NCBI GenBank assembly: GCA_965235115.1
Contig: OZ249442.1
Span: 16,678,001 to 16,742,000 of the forward strand
Length of the DNA stretch: 64,000 bases
Source: Laetmonice hystrix
Lineage: Eukaryota
Direction of reading: 5' to 3'
A program made the position numbers and the translations under genes. Positions 1-18,600 of this stretch are shown here, in pieces. Position 1 is the stretch's first letter. Every line of letters begins with the position of its first letter. The notes under the pieces are model-generated. The model was not told where the DNA came from and did not search any database. It saw nothing but the letters and a program-made list of their open reading frames with translations.

Positions 1-472
1 AAAATTTTTGTGTTTCTCAATGTTCACGTCATATTCCCCTGTTGGAAATGGGATAATAATAGTGCAGACAAAACCCAACAATTTCAGAATCAAAATTTAT
101 CACTTGAGTTAATCAAACATACCGGCTATATTTGCTACATGTACTGAGGCTGTCCTGTCTCCTGTCCATGCCCTATTTATGAAGAAAAGAAACATATATC
201 CTTACCAGGAAAACTGGAAATAACATGCAGGTTGTCAAATATCTTTTTCTTAAACATAAAAACATTTGTTATAAACATGTAGAAAAACAATCTTACCTTT
301 TTATCAAAGAAATCAAACAGTTGAGTTGATCAGTAGTTTTCTGAGTTTCTGCTTTGCTGAACATGAGTTGTTGCTGGAGATAGCTGATTTGTTCCCTCAG
401 GACTCGATTCTCACTCCCTGCACTCCGAGCCCGACTACTTCCTCCAGCACTGTGTGCACGGTACCGACTCAT
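1..472 (-). CDS. Unidentified coiled-coil protein, 5' part only (continues beyond the window start)
   Basis: Manual splice with GT-AG boundaries and consistent phases: exons 472-297 (ATG at 472; the exon opens at an acceptor at 480), 172-123 and 38-1. Translation MSRYRAHSAGGSSRARSAGSENRVLREQISYLQQQLMFSKAETQKTTDQLNCLISLIKRAWTGDRTASVHVANIAGEYDVNIEKHKNF..., with heptad-like ENRVLREQISYLQQQL. Family not recognised. The true start may lie further upstream. Confidence 0.6.
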
Positions 473-1739
473 CTTGATCACTAAATATTTACACAAAATC
501 CCATTAAAGTCATCATTGGGGTTACATCATGAAACAATTCACCAATCTTTACTTCTTCTACAGTTAAATAAAAAGAATAATAATATTCAAATTTTTAATC
601 TGACAGTAATTTGTCTGGCACTACCACAGTGCACAAGCACAACCTCAAGGCTGTTGCAGTCCTGAGCAAGTCTTCTCAGTTATTCTGCCAGTTGCCAATT
701 CAGTGAAGTCCTATACATGTACTACAGTTTAGTGGTACCGTACTGGGTTCTACACTTGTGAAAGCTTTTATGTCAACAATTTCTGTATGCTTGACTATTG
801 GAATGACAATATTGCTTGAATAAGTGTGGATGTACTGTTCCATAGCTCTATCTAATTATCTGTTTGGATATTTTTTAATATAAATTTTAAAAACCTGAAA
901 TCTCAAGATTGGGTGTGCATATTTCTGACCTCCATTAGTCTATAAGTAGGTTGTGGTAAAGCTTGCCCTGTAGGCCCCTATTGCTGTAAGCAATACCCTT
1001 GCTCTCTATAAAAATTGATTTCATGCTCAGTGGAAGAAGTTTAGTACCAAAACGAAGGCTGCAAAGTTGCGATAATCATAACATTTGGATCTCCAAGAAT
1101 CACTGCATCAGTGCATGGGCATGGGGCACTCGACAACTAAACGGTGTTCTGCAAGACACCGTTTAGAAACTGAACTAATCAAGACTAGGCAAAGGTTAGT
1201 TTTATTTTTGTCTCAAATAATTATTGGGTGTTATTATTTAGGTGATAACTGGATAGTCGGCTATTTAGCCGTAGCCGGCATAGGATTGACTTGAGTAACA
1301 TGACCCCACCATTTGCCGGCTAAATATACTGCCGTGTTTTTTTCATTTGCCGTGGTGCCCCTCGACAGTCATTATAGTAATGCTGTTGTGCCTTCATACA
1401 TCAAACTCAAAGTATATCCAAGGGTAAGGCAAACATTACCGTAAGTTCCGTAACCGTGCCCTGGCCTGGCCGGCTGTGCTGTACCGTGTACGTGGCTGTG
1501 CGCCGACCCTGTGGCTGTGGCTGTGCCTGTGGTGTGGCTGTGCAGAGCAGAGGCGGGCAGACGGAGTGTGCCGCCCGTGCCGTGGGCGTGGCTTGAGTTG
1601 GCCAATGAATTTCGAACCTGCCAGAGACTGGTGATCCTAACACCTGCCCATTAGGTCAACTACCTTTTTATCAGAGTTTTACTTTTAGTTTAGATCTACA
1701 TAATTCTACGTTAACTTACACAAATCAACCAAGTTTGGA

Positions 1740-2314
1740 ATTTCCGCCCGCTTACGTCGCCATGTTGTTTATATTGGTTACGGGATGATGGGATTTCGTT
1801 GGCGAACCCCCTTTCATTTTTTAATATTGTATTAAATATCCTTCCGTTCTGATAAAAGTTCCTTTCCTGAAGTAATATTAGATAGGAAAATGATTGGTAA
1901 GACCTAGACCACGATCTCTGCTCTCTGCTTTGCCTTGCCTTTGAAACACATGATCTCGTGATGGCGATATGTTCCACACTCCCGGCAGAGCCCTGTCGCG
2001 TCTGGTAACATTCGGGACTCCCTCGGGCCTAAAGACTGCACACAGCTGTAATATATTACTACGCTGACCGTTGTGTGGCCTTGTCCACCGCGCCTCAAGT
2101 AATAAAATTGTTCTGCAATAATCGATACTGTTCAAATGTGCTTGCGAAATTAAGATAAATTACATGCATTCGTAATAATATCGTCTGCTTAGACCCCACG
2201 CTGCTGGGAAACAGGCCATAAACTATCTAGGTCAAAAAAACAGGGTCAGCTTTCCCAGAAGCCTGTGGCAACAGAGACCAAATTCTCGGGCGAGCCACAG
2301 TGACAGAATCCAAA
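1740..2314. promoter_or_regulatory. Probable bidirectional promoter between the minus-strand coiled-coil gene and PDCD6
   Basis: A minus-strand AACATGGCGAC|GTAAGC (ATG plus donor, 1763-1756) faces away from the PDCD6 ATG at 2315. YY1-like AANATGGCG motifs occur at both ends. Two TTTCCCAG (ZNF143/Staf-like) motifs lie near 2203-2211 (- strand) and 2251-2263. No TSS data available. Confidence 0.45.
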
Positions 2315-9680
<7,366 letters not shown>

Positions 9681-10628
9681 ATAAAGATGGCAGCACTGTA
9701 GCCTGTAATGTGCCTGTCCCAGCTTACAAAAGGACTACTGCTTGTCAGATATTCTGAAATGCTGTAAAAACAAAACTGTGCTCTAGTATGTCAAGATGTG
9801 AGATGTGATTTTATTATCGACGGTTTACCATTCAAGTGAAAGACTTGGATGGGCTGAGGGTGGACGCAGTCCTCAATGTCTCTGCACTTAACTCGCATGA
9901 AAATGACCTGAAGGTTTTGAACCTGTGCCAACTAACAGACATGTTAAATCAAGTGTGCAATTCTGAGCATCATTTTCTCTGTACAGAAAATACTGTGACA
10001 TGTAAGTTCCATGCCACGCCTACACACATATGAAGTGATGAAGACTGCTATGCTAGATATTGGCTAAATAAGAGACTGAATTAAAATATGAAAATCGAGC
10101 CGATAGACACTTGTCTTGTACGTCACAAATGCATAAACCTCTAGCTCAATCCCTTTTAACGCCAGGAAAGGGGGGTGTCATGTAATTGTGTCGCCACCAA
10201 GGTTTTTACTCATTTCGGCTCCCCATTTCTTTTACAAAAAATGTATTGACTTGATATATATACCTGCACAAAGATGGTCATGAATGGTTATGAATGTTTT
10301 AAAATTGAGATGTGAATAATGTTGATATTTTTGATAGTCCTGTCTCTGCTCTCCCCATTCTCCAAGTCGGGGGGGGGGGGGGGGGCGGGGGAGAAAATGC
10401 TTGAAATTGTTAAAGGGGTTTTAGATGAAGGATATAATATAATTAGGTACAAGAGTAATTGTTTAAGCAATTAAGGGTTGAATGTCACCTTTATAGTTAA
10501 GACCAAAGCAGGTCCAAGTATGGAAACTCACAACTTTGTACGCCATTTCACCATGCATGTATGATGTATGAATATTTTTGAGGTAGACCAGTTGGTAGAA
10601 ATCACAGATAAAACCGTCACACTGATTG

Positions 10629-10686
10629 ACTGTGACCCACACTTAGTTACTGTGACCCACACTTAGTTACTGTGACCCACACTTAG
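10629..10686. repeat. 20-nt tandem repeat x3 (ACTGTGACCCACACTTAGTT)
   Basis: Three consecutive near-identical copies read directly. Confidence 0.9.
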
Positions 10687-11560
10687 CAATGTAATTACAA
10701 ACAAGCTTTATTTCTAAGAAAGGAGGTGTTTGCGACGGAATCCTTTGTGATTTGAAATATATTTTGGTGATTTTTCTCGCCCCAAAACGTTGCTGTTTTA
10801 TATAAGACCTGGCAGTTTTCTGTGTAGTATTTCAGTTTCTCTGTTAGTGGTTGTAATAAGCTGACTGGTGATGGGAGGAGGATGCGTTCAGATCAGAAAA
10901 TGCCAATAGTTTTATTTTCTGCCGCGTTCAACTGAACCCCCAAAACATGGGAGAGGTGGTTCTTTGGTTCGATGGGTTAGTACGGTGTGACAGGTTGAGA
11001 CTTGACGACCGATTGATGACACCTGTCACGTCTGACGTACGTCAGGGTGAGATGTGTTTCAGGGTGCATTTTGTGATGGTCACATCTTCAGCTTGTCGAA
11101 CTTTGAGGTTAAATATGTCAAAATCTGTTAATATTTTCAAGTTGATATCTCAAATAGTCATCAACATGCCATGGTACAACAGTTTCAGCGCTACTCTCAT
11201 CTTACGATATCCAAAATAAAAACCTAGAAAAGAAGAACTCAGTGTTTCACTGTTTGCCTTGTGCCTGTCTATACAGTCCTGATTGTCATCCTCATCAGCA
11301 TGACACCAAGTATTATTTCTATGCGGAATATGCCACAGACCTATATACATTGTAATTGAAATAAATTTGAGAAACAATGACGCAACTGTTCTGCAAAATT
11401 TCGAATAGACCTTTAGCCCACATCATGCCATATCTACAGTAACTGTGACGTGGATATTAACAATGAGAAACCATAGAGTTCTTTGTTACGTCTAAATAAT
11501 AGTACATTATCATAGAACGTCTATGACATAACTATGTGATGTGAGAAACTGATAAGGGAG

Positions 11561-11853
11561 ACCTCTAGTGGCAACCAGTAACACATTCTAGGCTACTGCT
11601 ATCGCCATCTAGTGGCATCGGTGGAGGGCGCCTGGCCGCGTAATATCCTAGAACTAGGCTTAGTTCTATGGTTTTTATGTATTTCGGGGCACGCTTCCAT
11701 GACGTGTTGTTGGGTTTCTTCTTCTTCTTCTTCTTCTTCTTGGCCACCCCCCCCCCTCTGCAGATCAACCTTGTCAGTGTCGGAGCCGGAAACCAGCTCA
11801 GTGATCTGTGTCTGGTCACCATCTGGTCAGTGTCCATACTCACCAGGTGGCGC
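11561..11853. promoter_or_regulatory. Cluster of CTCF-like motifs between PDCD6 and the ITPR-like gene
   Basis: ACCTCTAGTGGC 11561-11572, CGCCATCTAGTGGC 11603-11616 and CACCAGGTGGCGC 11841-11853 resemble the CTCF core CCASYAGRKGGC. Motif match only. Confidence 0.35.
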
Positions 11854-12426
11854 CAGTTATTTCTGCAGAGCGCGAGTGTGATCACCATCCATCTCAGACT
11901 GGGGCGCCCTCTCTCTTGTCTGGCACATGCCAACAGAAGGCGTAATGCATCACGGCCTCTAGCCTCTAAAATGGTGTTTTCAGAAGCTGTTGAAGATCAC
12001 AGTTCATAATTAGGCCCCAATTTGACATTCCACTCTACACCCTACGACAAGGACTGTATCAATTATATTAGCCATAGGCCTATATTATTAGCCTATTAGG
12101 CTATATGACCTTGGTCGCATTCAAGTAGCCTAGCCGGCTTTCATAATTTATAGAGTCTAGACCCTGCCATGACACGTCAGCATAGGGGGCCTAGAGAGTC
12201 AACTCGTGCTTGGTGAATCCATGACCCACCATCTTACAACACGAAAATTTTACGGAAGTTCTCCGTATTTCAAATAAACGGCAATTTTTCGTGCAGTGGA
12301 TTCGCCTCTGCATAGGCACGCCATAAAGGGGTGGATCCTAGATTTTGGGAAGGGGGGCGTTAAAGGGGGGGGGGATTTGCTTAGCCCGGGGGTTTGCATG
12401 GTCAATACAGAAAGTTCTCAAAAAAG

Positions 12427-12564
12427 NNNNNNNNNNNNNNNNNNNNNNNNNNNNNNNNNNNNNNNNNNNNNNNNNNNNNNNNNNNNNNNNNNNNNNNNNN
12501 NNNNNNNNNNNNNNNNNNNNNNNNNNNNNNNNNNNNNNNNNNNNNNNNNNNNNNNNNNNNNNNN
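12427..12564. other. Assembly gap (138 N)
   Basis: Run of N immediately upstream of the ITPR-like first coding exon. Confidence 1.
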
Positions 12565-12644
12565 CTAGTTATTTGCCGTTTATGTTAAGTATAGGCCTAC
12601 GTATAGGTAGGCTACACTGCGGTCACCAGAGAATCACCAGCAAC

Positions 12645-15600
12645 ATGACCACGTACATGTGCATGGGTGACTTTATATGTCTTTACTGTGAAAATACTAA
12701 TGGATACGTTTACAGCGATCAAACAAGGTCAGTATAAATTTACAGACGTATTATCTATTGTATATACTTTTAGTTTATGATAATTTAAGATATGTAACGA
12801 ATCTTCGGTTTACATAATTATTCCATGTCTCTGCAATATTCAATGGCATGCAGGTGCGGAATTCCAAAAGTTTCCAGTATAGTTTCCGCTCAATGAACGC
12901 GAACATTTCAATCGTAACCAATATGGAGATGTTGGAATAATTATTTTCTCTTAGCGCGGCTCCAACCCCGAGATCTCGCCCTGAAATAGCTGAAATACTG
13001 CTGACTGGGCGNNNNNNNNNNNNNNNNNNNNNNNNNNNNNNNNNNNNNNNNNNNNNNNNNNNNNNNNNNNNNNNNNNNNNNNNNNNNNNNNNNNNNNNNN
13101 NNNNNNNNNNNNNNNNNNNNNNNNNNNNNNNNNNNNNNNNNNNNNNNNNGCTTACAATCTCTACTCGCCCCACTATGCCGAATAGATGCATGTAAACGCG
13201 GCCAGTGCAGTTCATGTTGTACATATTTTGTTTACAGCCCCACATTTAGCTTTTCCCCTTCCCCCAGATTAGGGTCAGGTGGGGTGATTAATAAGGATAG
13301 GGCATGGTTGCCCTGATTTGGTGGACTATACTCGTGTTAACAGGGCATACATGGTTGGTTGGATTTCTAACCCTCACGTCGAGGACAGTCAGAGTTCCGA
13401 ACCGCAGGTATTCAAATTGAAAGAGGGCAGTTTTCAATAATATTATTTATTTATAAAAAAGAGTCTATATTTACCCAGTTGCCCGTGTATACTGGGAACA
13501 TTGCAAGGTACCAATCCTAATGCCATAATAAAATGTTCCACAACAAGAAGCCGATTGTCATGTTTGCAGCCCATTGCAATAAATAAAAGTGAGGTTTACC
13601 GTTTCCTAGGCTATCGAAAATGATCATCTTTGGTTACTGCTTACACACTGAAAACATCAGCATTGGTGGTAGTACATGCATGGGTAGGAATAATACGGCA
13701 ATCGATTTTCACACTGTATTTCTTTAACCACTCGCAAAACTAAGAAAGAGGGAAGAAGAACAAGTAGAAGTATGGTGTGTTGTTCTTTCAGCTCGGTTTT
13801 CGACGGATTGTTTGTATACACGGGTCAGGACAGGGACGAACCTTTGGGAGTTCCCAACGTTCACGGTAAGTTCTCCCGGATAGGTTTGGTACGAAAGCCC
13901 AGAAGGCTCATTTGAAATTAAAATTTCGAAGTTGCAATCGTGGGGGTGGGGTGATAAAGATGACGAGAAAACGAAACCGGCCACTGCTGAGAGGCAATCC
14001 TACGAAGATGTATAAGGGCCATGGCCAAAAAAAAATCACAAAAAAGTCTAACCCGTACAGGGGCGGATCCAGCTTTTTCCGTTAGGGGGGGGGGGGGGGT
14101 TCAACGTGTTTAGGGGTAACACAGACGTGACTGTACGAGCGCCGAAGGTGCGAAGTCTGCAAGCGCTGAAGGCGCGAAGCCTTCTTAGGGGGGTCCGTGG
14201 GCATGCCCCCCGAAAAATTTTGAAATTCCAGGGTTAATTTGTTTCAATCCGATGCATTTTGGAGCACAAAATAAGCTATTCAATGACCAATGTGACCAAG
14301 GGCAAAAGGGCCAACAGCATCTTTGGTTATAGGATTAAATCCTGCCGAGCGTAGCGAGGCAAACAAATTTTTTAGGTGGTTTTTATCTTGCGACTGAAAG
14401 AAAAAACTTCTAAATTATAATGTTAAGTTAAAATGTGTGTATCTGCAAAATTTTAGGGGGGGGGGGTTCGAACCCCCTGAACCCTCCCCCTGGATCCGCC
14501 AGTGCCGTACGTACGACTTAGTAACCCGTACGTACGACTTACTAACCCGTACACACGTACTAACCGGTACGTACGACTTAGTAACCCGTACGCACGACTT
14601 AGTAACCCGTACGTACGACTTAGTAACCCGTACGTACGACTTTTAGTAACCCGACTCTTTGTGTTCACTGTGAAAAAAGTCTAACCCGTACGTACGACTT
14701 AGTAACCCGTACGTACGACTTAGTAAGTCGTACGTACGGGTTACTAAGTCGTACGTACGGGTTACTAAGTCGTACGTACGGGTTACTAAGTCGTACGTAC
14801 GGGTTACTAAGTCGTATGTACGGGTTACTAAGTCGTACGTACGGGTTACTAAGTCGTACGTACGGGTTACTAAGTCGTACGTACGGGTTACTAACTCGTA
14901 CGTACGGGTTACTAAGTCGTACGTACGGGTTATACTTTTTTGTGATTTTTTTTTTGCCATGGCCCTAATACAGCTTCGTACAATCCTGATGGTATATGCA
15001 AAGATGATTCTGCAATCGGACACTCCACCACTTCCGCCTCGCTCCAGTTGTCGCCTTTTACGAACAGCCAATCGAGGTACCCCGAGGGGAATAAGGCTGT
15101 CGCGTCCCGCCGTCCCGCCGCCACGCCCCTTCGCCCCGTCGCCTCGGCCCGTCGCCCCCCAAAATATAGGCCGAATCGTAAAGGGTTGGAGGATGGATAG
15201 CAGAATGCTGTATTTGTTTCGTTAGACAGAACCATTTTATTGTTAACCACCTGATTTTGTTCATAACTTGGAACAGTGTCAATAGAACCAAAGTGACCGT
15301 GACTTCGCACGACAGTAAGCACACACCTCATCAGGTTAGGCTAACCATTGTAATCAAACCCGTTCTTATCGGGCGTTACTAAATACCAACAGATTTGGAA
15401 AGAAACAGGCCACTTTATTATGTCGTGAACTATTGGCCCATAGATATTATGGCCTTGGGTCGTATGTACACAGCAGTGTTATCCTTATGCCCCCGTGACA
15501 CTTGCACGACAGTGTCACGAATAACCCCTCATTGGTGCGTGGCTATGCGTGAAGGTATGCTTGGGTTTTCGGGGTCAACTGCGTGAAAATGCCGCCGTGA

Positions 15601-18600
15601 CACTTGCACACATTTTTGTCACGAAGTGTCCTGTAGCCCGGGAATGAATGACGATCGCTTTTGGAAGTTTATAAATGCACAAATTCCAAAGGGAAGGGAG
15701 GAACATTCTTCGGAAATACATGGAATATATAGTATTGGTTGTATAGAATACATTTTATATCAATGTGTTCCTTTCTGCCTAGAAACTCAACTGTACCCTC
15801 TACCCTAGTGGGCGAAAAGCAACACATTGAGAGCTTTTTATATACCAAAGCGAAAGTGCTAATTAGAGGCTACACAAATAAACATTTATTCACCTTAATT
15901 CAGAGGGTTTAATGGGAACTGGAAGATTAGGTCTCCTCCTCTAAGGCTAAGCACTCTTTGTAGATCTATAGTGTAGAATATTATGGCTTGCTATCAGAAG
16001 AACTGCTACAGCAATAAACGTCTGCGACGGGGAGAGGGAGGGGGGTACATCGTATACTGACCAGCGGTATCCAAAATGCGGGTTTGTATCTTGTACAGTA
16101 TACTACACCTCCAAGTGGAGGAGTACATCAGTCATGTACATAAACCGCTATCCTTGTTTTCTTGTAAAAGCCACCAAGGCTCTATTTTCGCAGATTTAAT
16201 GGGCCCGCCTTATTTAATTGGCCTAGGTTTCCACCAAGGCTTGCTCTCTTCATAACTCTTTTACCTGTTTATTTTCGTTTTTCTTCCTAGCCATCACATT
16301 CCAGGTGTCGTCTCAAAATCGGTACAAACTGACAAAGCGGTACCGCCGCTTGGTGGAGCAGTATGGAGAAGAACCAGACGACACGGAAATCCAGAATATC
16401 ATGGATGTTGCCAAGGTAACGATAATGAAACTTGCCTTCTTATATTGGGTGCGGGGGGGGGGGCGTAGATATGTTATGACTAGGGCGACTCACTTTCTAC
16501 GCATGGAGGCATTCATTAATGAGGATTCGACGTGGATTCGGAGTTCCACAAGTATATTGAGACCGCTATCTGCATTATTTTTGCCTTTAACATATTTTGT
16601 AGAATGCTGCCAAGACAGAGACACAGGACAATGAGACTGAACAGGCGCGACTGCAAGGCAAACTAATTCGGTATGGCGACACCATTCAGGTCAGCCTTAA
16701 TTGTTTCTCCCCACACCACGTCGAGACAAACGAGTTCACCATGCAGACTATTAAGGAATGAACTCTCAATTTTTTTGCAGATAGCAGGATAAATAAAAGG
16801 AAACCCAGCTAGAAGTTAACTTTTATTTGTGTCTATTTACTGGTAAAAAAGAAAAGAAAAACGATAATAATATACCATTATGCCAAAATGGCGAAATAAT
16901 TAATTCGAGTGAGACGCTTCCTTCAAAACTGGTCCAAAATGTTTATTTGGAAACACCACCTCCTATAGCTTGATCTAGTATTCTGCGTAGATTGACGACC
17001 ATGCGCCCGATCTCGAATGTCAATCTTGTTGCGCTGCACCAGAGACACTCTCTCGCAGCACCACCAGTGTCCCCATGATTTACGTTAGAGACACTCTCTG
17101 GCAGCACCACCAGTGTCCTCATGATTTACGTTAGAGACACTCTCTGACAGCACCACCAGTGTTCTCATGATTTACGTTAGAGACACTCTCTCGCAGCACC
17201 ACCAGTGTCCCCATGATTTACGTTAGAGACACTCTCTGGCAGCACCACCAGTGTCCTCATGCATGATTTACGTTAGAGACACTCTCTGGCAGCACCACCA
17301 GTGTCTTCATGCATGATTTACGTTAGAGACACTCTCTGGCAGCACCACCAGTGTCCTCATGATTTACGTTAGAGACACTCTCTGGCAGCACCACCAGTGT
17401 CCCCATGATTTACGTTAGAGACACTCTCTGGCAGCACCACCAGTGCCCTCATGATTTACGTTAGAGACACTCTCTGGCAGCACCACCAGTGTCCCCATGC
17501 ATGATTTACGTTAGAGACACTCTCTGGCAGCACCACCAGTGTCCCCATGCATGATTTACGTTAGAGACACTCTCTGGCAGCACCACCAGTGTCCCCGTGA
17601 TTTACGTTAGAGACACTCTCTGGCAGCACCACCAGTGTTCTCATGATTTACGTTAGAGACACTCTCTGGCAGCACCACCAGTGCCCTCATGATTTACGTT
17701 AGAGACACTCTCTGGCAGCACCACCAGTGTCCTCATGATTTACGTTAGAGACACTCTCAGGCAGCACCACCAGTGTCCTCATGCATGATTTACGTTAGAG
17801 ACACTCTCTGGCAGCACCACCAGTGTCCCCATGATTTACGTTAGAGACACTCTCTGGCAGCACCACCAGTGTTCTCATGATTTACGTTAGAGACACTCTC
17901 TGGCAGCACCACCAGTGCCCTCATGATTTACGTTAGAGACACTCTCTGGCAGCACCACCAGTGTCCTCATGATTTACGTTAGAGACACTCTCTGACAGCA
18001 CCACCAGTGTCCTCATGATTTACGTTAGAGACACTCTCTGACAGCGCCACCAGTGTCCTCATGATTTACGTTAGAGACACTCTCTGACAGCACCACCAGT
18101 GTCCTCATGATTTACGTTAGAGACACTCTCTGGCAGCACCACCAGTGTCCTCATGATTTACGTTAGAGACACTCTCTGGCAGCACCACCAGTGTCCTCAT
18201 GCATGATTTACGTTAGAGACACTCTCTGGCAGCACCACCAGTGTCCTCATGCATGATTTACGTTAGAGACACTCTCTGGCAGCACCACCAGTGTCCTCAT
18301 GATTTACGTTAGAGACACTCTCTGGCAGCACCACCAGTGTCCTCATGCATGATTTACGTTAGAGACACTCTCTGGCAGCACCACCAGTGTCCTCATGATT
18401 TACGTTAGAGACACTCTCTGGCAGCACCACCAGTGTCCTCATGATTTACGTTAGAGACACTCTCTGACAGCACCACCAGTGTCCTCATGATTTACGTTAG
18501 AGACACTCTCTGGCAGCGCCACCCGTGTTCTCATGATTTACGTTAATGTTCTGCAGTTGCGGCATGTATTCACAAACAAGTTTGTTCACGTGAGCTCGAC

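Noticed and set aside
11565-12009. ORFs with poly-Lys, poly-Phe or poly-Ser (89-122 aa)
   Set aside because: They are translations of a (CTT)n microsatellite at ~11716-11741; no homology or consistent splice context.
12296-13245. ORFs spanning N runs
   Set aside because: Gap artefacts; only the end of the 12345-12737 ORF is real (ITPR-like exon 1). The same applies to 53759-53989.
14437-15071. ORFs with VTRTYDL / SNPYVRL heptapeptide repeats on both strands
   Set aside because: In-frame reading of the 21-nt MITE repeats; no start context or splice support.
17041-18544. CRISPR-like regular repeat array (also 28130-29070 and 14505-14930)
   Set aside because: Units are contiguous with no unique spacers, no cas genes are present, and the context is eukaryotic introns. 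These are minisatellites.
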